Shown here: in pieces, positions 1-13,100 of the stretch
Layout of the letters: each line of letters starts with the position of its first letter
Position numbering within the stretch: the first letter of the stretch is position 1
NCBI GenBank assembly: GCA_043228905.1
Contig: JBHGNT010000006.1
Coordinates: 8,494,001-8,558,000 of the forward strand
Direction of reading: 5' to 3'
DNA from: Azolla caroliniana
Taxonomy: Eukaryota; Plantae; Polypodiophyta
DNA: 64,000 bases
Translations under genes and position numbers: made by a program
The notes under the pieces: generated by a model
The model's input: the letters and a program-made list of their open reading frames with translations, nothing else
What the model was told of the DNA's origin: nothing
The model's database searches: none

Positions 1-833
1 CAAATATGGAGACGAGCAAAGAATTCTCTGCTTTGATGGTAGAAGAATAAAATGTGTTGAATGACAGGATAATAAGTTGAAGTAGGCAACAGATTATTTA
101 CTGTTGTGTAGAGGCAAAATTTGAAAACATTTTTGAGGCAACTTCACTTCAATTGAATTTAAGTCGAACTGTAAATAAAGTCGCCATTTATTATTTTCTG
201 AAGAATTATTTGTTTTGAATGTTTGTTGTGTCTCTGCACAACATTTACACGTGAAACTACTGATTAAATGTCAGTTGATCACGAATATGTCATGGTATAA
301 TTATTATTCTTTTATATGACTTCTATTCAAGCTTATCTTGATGATTCTAATGTCAGAAAAGTTTTATCGAAGAATGTCCTTGAAATCTAGATGCCATGTT
401 GGATTTGGATCTTTTATCCTCCTGCAAACTTGAAGATGCAGGTAGTTTCATCCGACTTTGTTCCATTTACCCTTTGATATTAGTGCTATCTATAGAAGGA
501 TACTTCTAAAATCCATTACTTTATAGAGATTATCAATAGCAACCTTTGCTATATTAGTGTTATTTACAGAAGGAAGTTTCATTCAAGTTGAGGCATGCAG
601 ATTGAGTGCATTGTTGGGTTATAAAGTTTACAGGGAAGAGAGTGCGAAGGTTTATAATAGTGTCAATGAAGGATCTTAAAAAGCTCGGCTTAATATATTA
701 TGCATAAAATATATATACCAAATGGGAGTCCATAGTGATCAATGTAAACATTGGAGAGAGTTGCATTACATGAGAGTTATGAGGAGTTCAATCTATGTTG
801 ACAATTTTTAAGGTATGATGATACTCACGCACC

Positions 834-1200
834 TTTCCAACCATATATATGCTCACCATCTCATGTTCATAAGTATATAGTAAAGAGATACAAGATCGTC
901 TAGATGTCCACATATTTATGCAACCAATATATGGATCACCATCTCTCATAAGTATATAGTAAAAAGATATACAAGATCTCGTAGAGACCGAACCAATATA
1001 TGGATCACCATCTCTCATAAGTATATAGTAAAAAGATATACAAGATCTCGTAGAGACCTAGATGTGCACATATCTATGCAACCAATACATACACCACCAT
1101 CTCTCACAAGTATATAGTAAAAAGATATACAAGATCATCTAGATGTCCACATATCTATGCAACCACTATATAGATCACCATCTCATGTTCAAAAGATATA
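834..1200. repeat. Imperfect tandem repeat, ~60-90 bp units, ~4-5 copies
   Basis: Recurring blocks GATGTCCACATAT(T/C)TATGCAACC, GGATCACCATCTCTCATAAGTATATAGTAAAAAGATATACAAGATC. Confidence 0.8.
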
Positions 1201-2468
1201 TTAAGGAGATGGTACAAGGGCATGAATTGTTCCAAGTATTAATCACTTGTAAATTTATAGGCGTTGTAAATGTATTGAATAATTGATGACTCACTAAATC
1301 TATGGCGTTAGAGTATAAGAACATAAGGCAACACCTTCATCTAAAGTGGCTCTAGAATGGGTTGGCACAACCTCATATTAGAGAAGGAATAAACTTTGTG
1401 ATGGAGGAGAAGATGCACATTGGTAAGAAACAAAATACATTGATTGTGTCAAGTATCTAACAACAAAGTCAATCCCTCTCCCAATCCAAAGTTTGTTGTT
1501 TGAGCCTTATATTTACAATAAACTTGGAATTTGTTTCATTTTGAACAATTTCATGGAAAGATCTATAGAAGTGTTCACATTGTTGGATAATCTAATTTTT
1601 AATGAGATTCCACACACAATAACGTTAGATTTGTATGCGCCTATTGCGCGTAAAAATGACAATCTTTGGAATTTCTGTGCAACGTTGACATGAATAACAT
1701 TTGATCGGCATTGGCTCCTAATTTCCTCAAGAATCAATATAAGTCACAATGCTTTGCACTTGAAAAGCATTTATAAATAATGTTATCATTGAACAATTTG
1801 TGTTAACGATCCTTGAAAGAAATAGTCGCCACTATGGATTTACCATCAATTGCATCTCCACCCCATGTTGAGTCAACACCAACCATGAGCTTAGTGGTAC
1901 ATGAGGCCCCTTTTTGGGACACTCTTAATAAAGATTGATCTCAAAATTCTAGTGCCACTCAAATGTCATTCCTAATTACTGCTCTTTATTGAGTTATATT
2001 GAGATTACTCATTGGTTGGTTATATTGCGGCTTGGTTGGGGTAACACCCTATTGTTAGTGAGATGGGAGAGAGAGTGTGTCAAACACTCTAGAGTGTACT
2101 GAAAGAGTTAGCAAGCTCACCCAAACACCAGTGCCTCAAATCTCACTTCTTCTTCTTCTTCTTCTTCTTCTCCTCCTCCACCACCATAGTGATCGGAACC
2201 CAGTTGTCCCCCGATCGCATGTTGAGATCTACATATTCTAAGGTGACATGGACATGTAGCATGAAATCGGCGGGATCGGACTGGGCATTGTAGTCTATGA
2301 TGTGATCATGTGGCACAAATGAGACATTGTAATCATGCTATGGATGCATATACATACATACTACTACTACAATGAGTGTACTAGCGGCTAGGTGTTTATG
2401 GATATCAATTTAAGCAGGGGAGGCCATGGTGCTGGTCACCATCACCATGATGTCGAAGATCCGGCATT

Positions 2469-2687
2469 TGTTGAATCTGGAGTAATGGAGGCGGACGAGC
2501 TGCTGTTTTCTGGCCTGCACAGAAAATGTCGAACACACACACACACAGAGAAAAACAGCACACACGAAAAAAACAGAAAAGAGAAAGACAAAACTTTTTG
2601 GGGGCCAATGAAACCCTCATTTCTATTAGTTTATATACCTATGCGTAAATAGTAAGAAATTACAGATTTGGCCTTTTCTTACTATCA
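2469..2687 (-). repeat. 3' LTR of copia element
   Basis: Matches 7451-7670. Flanked internally by PPT AGTGGGAGAT (minus strand, 2688-2697). Confidence 0.95.
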
Positions 2688-2810
2688 ATCTCCCACTAAA
2701 AGGCCAAACTAGGGATCAACAAAGCTGATGGGGAGATTGAACAAGACCTACACATCCTACTTGATGAGTATGTTACACAATGTACAAGAAACAATGTGTA
2801 ACCTCATGAC

Positions 2811-5800
2811 CTAAGTTATCCCCATCAAGTGGCAGCAATGCTCTAGTGCTTCGTGCGATAGAGCCTTGGTCAACGCATCTGCGGCATTGTCTTGAGAGAC
2901 AACTTTCTCAAGACTAATATAGCCAGCAGCTATGCATTCTCGAATGAAGTGATATCTCACTCCAATGTGCTTGGTCTTCGCATGGTATACTGGGTTTTTA
3001 GCCAATGCAATGGCACTCTGACTATCACAAAACAATATGGGTACAAGCTTAGATATGCCCATGTCACAAGCTAATCTGGACAGCCATACGGCTTCCTTAC
3101 AAGCTTCGCTAGCTGCGACATACTCTGCTTCTGTAGTGGACAGAGCAGTACATTTTTGGAGACGAGATCTCCAAGATATCGCACCTCCCATAAACTGAAA
3201 AATATATCCTGAAGTGGATTTTCTGCTGTCAGAGCAGCCAGCATAATCAGAATCTGTGTATCCGATGATGGATACAGTTCCACCACCTAAACATAGACAC
3301 CTATTCTTAGTGCCACACAGATATCTTAAAATCAGTTTAACTGCCTCCCAATGTTTATTACCAGGATTGGACATAAATCTGCTCACAGCTCCCACTGCGA
3401 AAGCAATGTCTGGTCTGGTCGCTATCATAGCGTACATAAGACTCCCAACAGCGGATTGATAAGGAACCTTGGACATGAATTTCTTGTCCTCATCGGATGT
3501 GGGGCAATCACGTGTGCTCAGATTTACATATGAAGGTAGTGGAGTGCTTAACGGCTTCGCATTCTCCATATTAAACCTCATGAGCACTTTCGATATGTAC
3601 TCAGCCTGAGACAAGTAAATACATCGCTTACTCCTATCACGAGTGATACGCATACCAAGAATATGTTTTGCATCTCCCAAATCCTTCATGTCAAAATTCT
3701 GGCTCAAGTTTTTCTTTAACGAGGATAACTCATCCTTGTTTTTACCAGCAATAAGCATGTCATCAACATATAATATCAATGTGATAAAACTCCCATCTGA
3801 ACAGTTTTTCGTATAAAGACATGCATCTTCATTGCTTCTAGTACATCCTTGAGTCTTCATAAAGGCATCAAATTTCTGATACCATAACCTCGGGGACTGC
3901 TTAAGCCCATACAAACTCTTCTTGAGCTTACATACCAAATGTTCTTTTCCCAATACTTCATAACCTTCTGGTTGTTCCATATAAATGTCCTCATCAAGGT
4001 CCCCATGCAAGAAAGCAGTCTTCACATCCATTTGGACAAGTTCCAAATTCTGATTTGCAGCCAATGAAAGCAACATACGTAATGTAGTCATCTTAACTAC
4101 AGGAGAAAAGGTTTCATCAAAGTCAATTCCATATTCTTGCTTGAAACCTTTTGCAACCAAGCGTGCTTTATACTTTGGAGAAGCACTATCAGATGTATAC
4201 TTATACTTGTATACCCATTTGCATGGCAATGCTTTCCTGTCCTTTGGCAAAGGTACTAAATCCCAAGTACCATTTTTATAAATGCTGTCCAATTCACTTT
4301 GCATGGCCTGTTTCCATTTCACATGGTCATTTACAGATATGGCTTCATTGTAACATGAAGGCTCACCGGCATCTGTTAGCATTACATAATCAGCAAACTT
4401 ACTAGGTGCCTTGGGCACACGCATAGATCTCCTCAATGAATCCTGAACCTGAGTGCCATCAGGTTGTGCATGAGAAACCTCATTCTGAGCATCATCATTA
4501 TGAGCATATTCTTGCTGAAAAACATCATTTTGCACATCATTGTGCTGAGCATTATCATTTTGGGCATCTTCATCCTGGTCAATAACAGTTTTTTGTGACT
4601 GCGGAGCATCTACATCAATAAGATTTTTCTGTTTTTCATCAACAAAAGGCGTACTATCTTTAAATGCAACCTTTCTCACTTCTACCTCCTTTACGGACTG
4701 TTTATGCATTTTGTTCTCGTCAAAAACAACATCACTACTTCTGACCACAGTACGTGTGTCAGGGTCCCATAAGCGATATCCAAACTGTCCATCAATTCCG
4801 TAACCAAGAAATATACATTTTCTGCATTTATAGTCTAATTTCTTTCTTAAAGTTTTTGGAATGTGTACATACGCTTCGCATCCAAAAACTCTAAGATGAG
4901 CATAATGAGGTGTCTTGCCAGTCCACACCTCTTGTGCCACTCTTAGACCTATGGCTGTGTTCGGTGATAGGTTAATCACATGGACTGCTGTTAAAACAGC
5001 TTCTGCCCAAAAGCCTTGCGAGAGGTTTGCATGGTGTAGCATGGAGACAACTCTGTCCTGGATGGTTCTATTCATCCTCTCAGCCACACCATTTTGGACA
5101 GGGGTGTAAGGAGCTGTAAACTCTCTCCGAATACCTCTAGACTTACAAAAGTCAACAAATTCGTGAGAGGTATACTCACCTCCATTGTCCGAACGTAAAG
5201 CCTTAAGCTTTATGTCCTTTTCTAGCTCAACCGAACTAAGCCATTTTCTGAAAGTGGGGTATACATCATCCTTTCCCTTAATTGGATAAGCCCAAACTTT
5301 CCTAGTGGCATCATCAATGAAAGTAACAAAATATAGGGCACCACCCAAAGATCTTGTGGGCATAGGTCCACAAACATCCGTGTGGACAAGATCCAATGGT
5401 TTAGTGGATGAGTTTACACTAGTCTTATGTGCACTTCTAGTTTGCTTACCATGTTGACAATGCTCACATAAGGCAAAATCAGAGAATGACAACTTAGGTA
5501 AGTGGCCATAACGAGATAGGATTTCCATGCCATTTCTTGACATGTGGCCCAAACGACCATGCCAAATGCTCGTCATTGGCTGGTCTGTGACAGCCAACAA
5601 GTGTTCCTTTTGATGAACAAATAGAGGGTAGAGGGAACCAACTTTGTTCCCTTTTGCAACAATCATATTTCCTTTCGTTATACGAAAGGATTGAGAAGCA
5701 AACATCACCTTATATCCATTGTCATCAAGCTGACCAACGGAGATCAAACTACGAGTTAGTTGGGGAACATGGCGTACATCTTTAATGGTCAAATGAGCAC

Positions 5801-6962
5801 CATCACTAAAATGCATTGAGATATCTCCAATGCCAATCACATCACATTGATGTGAGTCTCCAAGTCGAACTTTCCCAAGCGACTTGGCTTCATAACATGT
5901 GAACCACTCTCTATGTGGAGTCACATGAAACGATGCACCGGAGTCCAACAACCACGTATATGATGGAGAAAAAACCGTGTTCACCCCAGCATGTGTGCTA
6001 ACATCATCTAGGACCAAGATGTCCGTCTCACCACATGTTGCATTTACTTCCTCCGTTTCCAACGAGGAAGAGGGACCACTAGATTGTCTACCATGCCCTC
6101 TAGCATTATCTTTCTCCTTATTTTTAAGGGCATAACAATCTTTCTTAAGGTGACCCTTTTTATGACAGTAATGGCACTCCATATTTTTCTTCCTAGATTT
6201 GCTTCTACCTCTATCATTTCCACCACTATTTCTTGTTTGGCTCCTACCACGATGTTGGTTCTTGCGAGGACCAACATCAGAAACATTATATGCATCTCCA
6301 TTATGTGATGCAATCACAGATTTTCTACGAATTTCTTCACCTAAAAGTGCTCCACATATATCATTATAGACTAGTTTCCCGTTTGGTGCACTAGCACTAA
6401 TGGCAGTGCAAAAGGTGTCCCATGATGTAGGCAAAGTGCATAACAGAAATACACATTTCAGCTCATCATCCAAAATCATTTTCTGAGCTAGTAGTTGTGA
6501 CCACAATGCATCAAAGTCGTTCAAATGAGAGGCGACACTGTCATTGTCCTTCATTCGAAGATCATAAAGTTTTCTCATTAGATAAACTTTGTTTGATGCG
6601 GTCTCTTTTTCATATGTGTTGCATAATTTGGTCCATAGTATTTCAGCCGAGTCACAATCTAGGACCGTGAAATACACATTGTCGGCTAGGTGTAGTCTTA
6701 TAGTAGACATTGCCAAGAGATCGAGCTCTTCCCAATCATCTTTGGTCATGCCCTCAGGTCTCTTGGCTTCACCACTTAATGGTCTTAATTGCCTTCTTTG
6801 AATCAGGACATCTCTCATCTGATTCTTCCACAAGGCAAAGTTGGATCCGTCAAATTTACGGATCTCAAGGTGGTCTTTTCCACTCATAGGGTGATTTCTA
6901 TGGGAATTGAACGAACCACCGCGTGAGGTACTTGAAACCTCGGACATTTCAGAGGCAGCCAT
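2811..6962 (-). CDS. Copia gag-pol polyprotein, 1383 aa (gag, CCHC knuckle, protease, integrase, RT, RNase H)
   Basis: CHYCHKKGHLKKDC knuckle; WLLDSGAS protease; WHGRLGH...CEHC and SDNGGEY...QNGVAER integrase; YVDD RT; YTDSD/TEAEY/CDSQSA RNase H; copia domain order. Confidence 0.97.
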   Translation of the reverse strand: MAASEMSEVSSTSRGGSFNSHRNHPMSGKDHLEIRKFDGSNFALWKNQMRDVLIQRRQLRPLSGEAKRPEGMTKDDWEELDLLAMSTIRLHLADNVYFTVLDCDSAEILWTKLCNTYEKETASNKVYLMRKLYDLRMKDNDSVASHLNDFDALWSQLLAQKMILDDELKCVFLLCTLPTSWDTFCTAISASAPNGKLVYNDICGALLGEEIRRKSVIASHNGDAYNVSDVGPRKNQHRGRSQTRNSGGNDRGRSKSRKKNMECHYCHKKGHLKKDCYALKNKEKDNARGHGRQSSGPSSSLETEEVNATCGETDILVLDDVSTHAGVNTVFSPSYTWLLDSGASFHVTPHREWFTCYEAKSLGKVRLGDSHQCDVIGIGDISMHFSDGAHLTIKDVRHVPQLTRSLISVGQLDDNGYKVMFASQSFRITKGNMIVAKGNKVGSLYPLFVHQKEHLLAVTDQPMTSIWHGRLGHMSRNGMEILSRYGHLPKLSFSDFALCEHCQHGKQTRSAHKTSVNSSTKPLDLVHTDVCGPMPTRSLGGALYFVTFIDDATRKVWAYPIKGKDDVYPTFRKWLSSVELEKDIKLKALRSDNGGEYTSHEFVDFCKSRGIRREFTAPYTPVQNGVAERMNRTIQDRVVSMLHHANLSQGFWAEAVLTAVHVINLSPNTAIGLRVAQEVWTGKTPHYAHLRVFGCEAYVHIPKTLRKKLDYKCRKCIFLGYGIDGQFGYRLWDPDTRTVVRSSDVVFDENKMHKQSVKEVEVRKVAFKDSTPFVDEKQKNLIDVDAPQSQKTVIDQDEDAQNDNAQHNDVQNDVFQQEYAHNDDAQNEVSHAQPDGTQVQDSLRRSMRVPKAPSKFADYVMLTDAGEPSCYNEAISVNDHVKWKQAMQSELDSIYKNGTWDLVPLPKDRKALPCKWVYKYKYTSDSASPKYKARLVAKGFKQEYGIDFDETFSPVVKMTTLRMLLSLAANQNLELVQMDVKTAFLHGDLDEDIYMEQPEGYEVLGKEHLVCKLKKSLYGLKQSPRLWYQKFDAFMKTQGCTRSNEDACLYTKNCSDGSFITLILYVDDMLIAGKNKDELSSLKKNLSQNFDMKDLGDAKHILGMRITRDRSKRCIYLSQAEYISKVLMRFNMENAKPLSTPLPSYVNLSTRDCPTSDEDKKFMSKVPYQSAVGSLMYAMIATRPDIAFAVGAVSRFMSNPGNKHWEAVKLILRYLCGTKNRCLCLGGGTVSIIGYTDSDYAGCSDSRKSTSGYIFQFMGGAISWRSRLQKCTALSTTEAEYVAASEACKEAVWLSRLACDMGISKLVPILFCDSQSAIALAKNPVYHAKTKHIGVRYHFIRECIAAGYISLEKVVSQDNAADALTKALSHEALEHCCHLMGIT

Positions 6963-7436
6963 TTGGAAGCTAGGTAAACTTGGTCAATCCCAAATATAAA
7001 CAACTAACAATAGTTGAGACACTACTCCCTACCTAGTCTCAAGCCGTGTTCTAGGGTAGGTATGTGTGTTCGATTGAGGACAACACCTCTTTCTTATATC
7101 AGCCAAGGTAAAATGTCTGTAACCAAGACGTAACTTCAACGTCACAAACTCACATCAAGTGAGCAAGCATCGAAAGGAGAAAAAAAAGAAACCAAACACA
7201 GGTTCTTTTGCGTGTAAATCCTCACTTCTGTATACTAGAAACAACAAGTCTTCTCTGTTTCTACCTTCCACCAAGGTCTATTTTTCCCCAAAAAATAGGC
7301 ACACAAAAAAAACTGTTCAAGACGGAAACGTGTAGTAGATATTACCTCTGTCGAGGTCCTGAAAAATAGCATGCGCAGAGGGGGAAAAACGCAGAAATGT
7401 AGATGCTTGTTGCTACACACAGTCTCACAAAGTCCA

Positions 7437-7449
7437 CGCTCTGATACCA
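7437..7449 (-). promoter_or_regulatory. Primer binding site, tRNA-iMet
   Basis: Minus strand TGGTATCAGAGCG, 1 nt from the 5' LTR. Confidence 0.93.
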
Positions 7450-7450
7450 C

Positions 7451-7670
7451 TGTTGAATCTGGAGTAATGGAGGCGGACGAGCTGCTGTTTTCTGGCCTGC
7501 ACAGAAAATGTCGAACACACACACACACAGAGAAAAACAGCACACACGAAAAAAAACAGAAAAGAGAAAGACAAAACTTTTTGGGGGCCAATGAAACCCT
7601 CATTTCTATTAGTTTATATACCTATGCGTAAATAGTAAGAAATTACAGATTTGGCCTTTTCTTACTATCA
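7451..7670 (-). repeat. 5' LTR of copia element
   Basis: Matches 2469-2687; followed by TSD GCATT. Confidence 0.95.
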
Positions 7671-9726
7671 GCATTCATGAGACTATGGCTATGGATGGCC
7701 CTCAGAGATCATGAATAATGAATGATCCCAACTCACAGGGACTTATGCTTTCACATGCATTCAAGACTTCATTGTTATGTTATTGTGTGTTAATGTTATA
7801 ATGTCCCGGACTCCTTGGCCTCACCTAATGATTTAGATAGATGTCCTCACAAAGTGTTTCGAGCAATTACCTTTTACAAGAGGCTACTAGCCTCCCATCT
7901 ATAAACTGGTCCCGCTTCTTAGATGTTTTAACACCTCCACAATATCTCGAAACAATCTCTAGATAGACTAGGTGTACCTTCAATTCCAACTACATTTAGA
8001 TATTTTGATCTGCCCCTCGATTTTTAATTTCAAACCTACTCTAAACCTCGTGTTTCTTATTTATTTAGTTACGAGCTAAGGTCCTCATTATCACTTCTCC
8101 AAAAGTCAAATTATAACATTAATCTCATCCTTATGTCAGACAATTTGTCCATTGGTTAACATCTAGCATTACCGACCACAAGAAGTTGAGATGTAGGTAG
8201 AATCTTTATGCACATAATATTGTGAGGCAATATGTCTTAGTGATAGAGGCTATGCATCATGCAAGTATTTTTCAAGAATACATGGTCCATTATGTGTGGT
8301 CAAGCAAGACTTTCTTTTAGATATGTCCGTATTTGCCAACTTTCTTTTAGTGATGCTAATATTGAATGATTAATTATCTGTTTTGAAAGGTGTAAAATTG
8401 TGTAAGCCCAACAACTTGTAGATTCAACAATTAGTCATTTTTATTGAGTGCTTGAGTCTAGCTTCCAAGAACTAGGATTATGAATTGAAATGTACACTCC
8501 ATTTAAAGATTTTCTTTTTTGTAGGTTTTGATACGATCTCGATACGAGAGGGTTACTCTCACATGCCAATGAGCTACATTTTCAGGTGCCATTTTTATGT
8601 CTACCACGTTGCCACTTCTTTGATCAATATCCTAAGATCACATAAGAGTCTTTAATAACTATTGCATCACATAAGACTCTTTGTGTGCATATTGTGGATG
8701 GTAAGGTGAGGTCCACACTAACTAAATACATATTCCATCTTTCTTAAGAGTACGGACATTTTAGGAACAAGTGGCTCCCATATTCTCAAGATCCTTGTAT
8801 TCACCTTTTTTTACCTACCATTTTGCATGACATCTTTACATGCTCATGTCAATGCAACCAAATAAAGCTTGTTTTGTAAACTTTCAAAACTATTATCTCT
8901 AGTTTTTATTTTAATTCAAAGTTGCATAAGTTCTATATTGTAGCCAAGTAAATAAATAAAAATTTGTGCTTATGTACTTCTCTTATAAAATAAGAGATAG
9001 ATGCATTATGGTGGGATTGATTATTAAAGTTAGGTAGGTAAATGTGAATTTCATTGCTAGTTCATTTCCATTTTTGGAGAAACATACTAATTAATGTGGA
9101 AATCTATATAAACCTTGTATGAATGGGAGTGCATGAGTGTCTTGCTTAAGTGGGAGTGTCGATATTTACTTGGCACTGTACAAATTAACGCAAAACCAAA
9201 TTCTCAAGTAGATCAAAGGTACAAATAATATAAATATGCGATGGTTTAAATTATCATATGTTGTCATATAAAATTGCAATAACATTCATTGTCTAACGAA
9301 GAATGAGTTGAAAGACAACAAAACACATGCTTATTGCTGCTAAACATGATAAGATGCCATAGGCAATGGTTCAGGTTAGATAAAAAATGTCAAAGTTGAA
9401 CAACTAAAATTGTCTGAAACCTCTCAAAAGATCCTCAAACATAAATGGCTTAAAACATAAATTGCTTAAAACATAAATTATCTGGCAAATAAATTGGATG
9501 AAAACTAAAATAAAAAATAGTCAACTTTAAAGTATGTTAGGGTTTATGATTTTTATATTAAAATTGATTCTAGAAGCTATTTAAGATTTGAAACCAACAT
9601 ACATTCATCGTTTAAGCTCTTTTAAACATATAACTGTTTAGCAAATAAATTGCATGAAAACTTGAAAATATGTTTGGGTTTATTATTTTTGTATTAAAAG
9701 TTACCGTAGAAGCTACATAAGATATC

Positions 9727-10128
9727 TATTGAGAATCAAGCTTAACCTAGTCTAGTGTGTGAACACACCCTTTGAGAATCTATGAGCACTCAAAGGTCAA
9801 AAGTGACCATTACTCTTTACACATTAACTATGTGTCATAGATCTATGACACATAACTAATGACTTCCATATTCCCCATGATTAATGAGTCTTCACATTCC
9901 CCAAGGTTCTAGAAAGAAAGTGGGCGTTGTAGATGAAGAGAGAGGGCGACCTTATATAAAGTACCCTCCTCCTATTTCATATAGTGTCGGTTATTGCTCC
10001 TTGTAATGCTACATTTTTGTATTTCATAGTCTCCTTGTTAATATACATCTTCTTCTTGAGTAATTAATTATTCTCTCATCTATCTATCTTGTGTATCTCT
10101 TCTCTTCTCTCCTCCTCACACACACACA

Positions 10129-10171
<43 letters not shown>

Positions 10172-13100
10172 CACATATATCTTCCGTTGCATAGAATCAT
10201 ATCCGATTCTCTACAATGTCATGGTATCAGAGCGATTTGGTAGCTCGATCTAGCTTATCCGCGTGTGTTGTGTCCTACGCCGACGTTCAAGAAGAACCGG
10301 CTCATCGCTATCGTAGTTTCACTACATAGCTCGTGTTTGAGAAAGAAGGAAAAGAAGAAGGAAATCTACATCGACATAATGAATACTCAAATGGGGAGCT
10401 CTCTCCCTAGCAAGAAGTTGGACAACAACAACTTTGCATCTTGGAAGTACAAGATGCATCAATACCTTGTTAGCCACGGTTATTGGGGCTACATTCAAGG
10501 AGCACAAGAAAACAAACCCGACCCGAAGGACGTCGACGACTCAACATAGGAGCAAATGACAAGTCGAGTAATGTATTTCTTGGAGACATGTGTCCATGAC
10601 CACATGCTTGGCAACATTCGGGAAGCCAAGATGCCGAAAGAAGGGTGGGAGAATCTATAAGGAAGATATTTGCTGCCAATATGATGACACAATAGCTTCA
10701 ACTCCGCCAAGAGTTAAACAACATCCAACAAAGGGATTTGTCCATCACAAGCTACACCTTCAAGATGACTCGCTTGGATCGATAAGAGTCAACGTGGAGG
10801 ATGATGAGATGGTGCAAATATGCCTAGGTGGCCTCGCACCACGGTTCGACACGATGAGAACTGTCATTCTAGTAAGGAAGAATTCTCCCTCTTTCTTCGA
10901 TCTTCAATCAATGTTGTTGGTCGAAGAAAACCATGTTCAAACAAGAAGCAAAACCTTGTAAGGTCAAATGCTCTACACACATTCGGACGGAGGAAGAGGA
11001 CGTGATCGAGCAAGAAGAGGCCGATTCGGCCAAGGACGAGGCGGACGAGGTCCGACTTATGAAAACAACTCTCCCAATTTCGGCAAGAAAACGGAAACAA
11101 TCGAGGAACGTTCGGAAGAAGAGGGAGCTTCCATGCCGGTTTGAGCCGACAAAACTCAATCGAATGCGGATATTGTGGTAAAATTGGTCACCATGAAGAA
11201 GAATGCCGAAAGAAGAAGCGTGAGTCGACTCCCACAAGTCGACAACTCACCAATTACACCACCAACTCTGACTATGGCGACCATGGCAGAATGTTTGTGA
11301 TGAGACATAGAGCCAATTCTATGTCGGCCTCTACTTCAACTAGTGCCTCTGATCCAGAAGATGTATGGTTCGTCGATTCCGGTGCTTTGAACCATATGAC
11401 GTTTCATGAAGAATGGTTCCGACACTTACGAGAGCTAGATCAACTCGGCTAGATGTCGAGACTGGAGACGACACTACTCATCTAATTCGACACATCAGTA
11501 ATGTTCCATTCAGCAAATAAGGCAACCAAACTTACATTAAGAATCTCTTGCATGTACCAACCATCACGAAGAATTTGGTCTCCGTCGGCCAAATTGTGAA
11601 GCAAGGCATGCAAGTTTGATTTAACCAAGGCGGTTGCTTCATCAAAAAAGAGGGCCGACTCATCGCTCGCGGTCAAAGGGAAGGCCGAATGTTCATTCTC
11701 GATTCACACGAGATTAAATTGGCCATGTTTGCAAAAGGCCACAAGATGACACCGACATAAAGCTATGGCACAAGAGAATTGGCCACATCAATCTCAATAA
11801 ACTTAAGGCGATGCAAATGAAAGGAATCGTCATCGGGCTCTTGATCTTCAAAGAGAAAGAGATTGAAGCTGTATGTGTAGCTTGCCAATTTGGCACGCAA
11901 CATCGGCACCCGTTCCCGAAAGTTTGAGAGATGTGAGCAAATGCCTACTTGATGTAATTCATTTCTATGTATGGGGACCGGCTCAGACGGCTACATTCGG
12001 TGGATGCCGATATTATGTGACCTTTATCAACGACTTCTCCAAGCACACATGGATCTACCCCATGCCACAAAAGAGCGAAGTGTTCAGACACTTCCAGAAA
12101 TTCAAAAGCGAAGTCGAAAAGACAACTGGCCGTCATGTACGATGTCTTCGATCGGATGGAGGCAAGGAATACTTCTCTGATGCATTCACGATACACATTA
12201 GACAAGAAGGAATAAGGTGAGAATTTTCCTGTCGACATACACCACAATAGAACGGAGTGGCCGAATGCACAAATTGGCACATACTTGAAGTAGCATGGAC
12301 CATGCTTAATGAGAAGCACATGCCGAAGTCATATTGGGCCAAAGTAGCAAATAATGCCGTCTACCTCATGAATTGGTGTACGACATCTAGCGTGCACGAA
12401 CTTACCCCGCACGAGAAGTACTATGGAAAGAAACCCAATCTATCCCATGTAAGGATATTCGGTTCAATTGCATACGTGCACAATCCTGACGAAAAGCGGC
12501 AAAAGCTAGATCCCAAATTGGAGAAGTGTATCCTCGTAGGATACTCACTGGAGCAAAAGGGATACAAGTGCTTCAACCCCTCCACTCAGAAGATTCGTAT
12601 AAGTCGAGACGTCGTCTTTGATGAATCGACAACATGGTACGAACCCGAGCTGACTCCTCTCGAACCATCTACGAATGAGCTTGACAACATAGAAAAAATG
12701 ATCGACTGAGGTCAATACCCGAGGACCATCTGATCTCAACCAAATTGAGTGGACCACAAGAGCCTCCAAGCAAGCAAAGCGCATCTCAGGCCAAGTCCGA
12801 AGATGGACAAAGGCAAGGCCAAAATGCTGAATATGAAGACAATCAATTCGATGACAATGAATCGGCTCACTCGACAGTGAGCTTGATGACTTTGATGTGC
12901 CTTTTATGAGGTCATCCGGAGTTAAGAAAGCACTCACATTGGCAAATGAAAAACTCTGATGCTCGAGCCACGAGAAGAATTTAGTTAGCCGATTCGGCTA
13001 CAACGATTATATGGTATACCGCTATGCCTTTATGATGGTGGCAACCGTTCGGGAACCAGAAAGTTTTTCCGAAGCAACCAAGGATCCACGATGGGTCGAA

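Larger units (their letters stand above)
2469..7670 (-). mobile_element. Full-length, very young Ty1/copia LTR retrotransposon (Tnt1/Tork-like)
   Basis: LTRs 2469-2687 and 7451-7670 (TG...CA) differ by about one A in a homopolymer. TSD GCATT at 2464-2468 and 7671-7675. iMet PBS, PPT and an uninterrupted polyprotein. Confidence 0.97.

Noticed and set aside
834-1200. CRISPR-like array
   Set aside because: The context is eukaryotic, the units are degenerate tandem copies without unique spacers, and there are no cas genes.
8100-8900. Old gypsy RT remnant on the minus strand
   Set aside because: Only faint motif traces (KKDG-like) are visible, too decayed to call without an HMM search.
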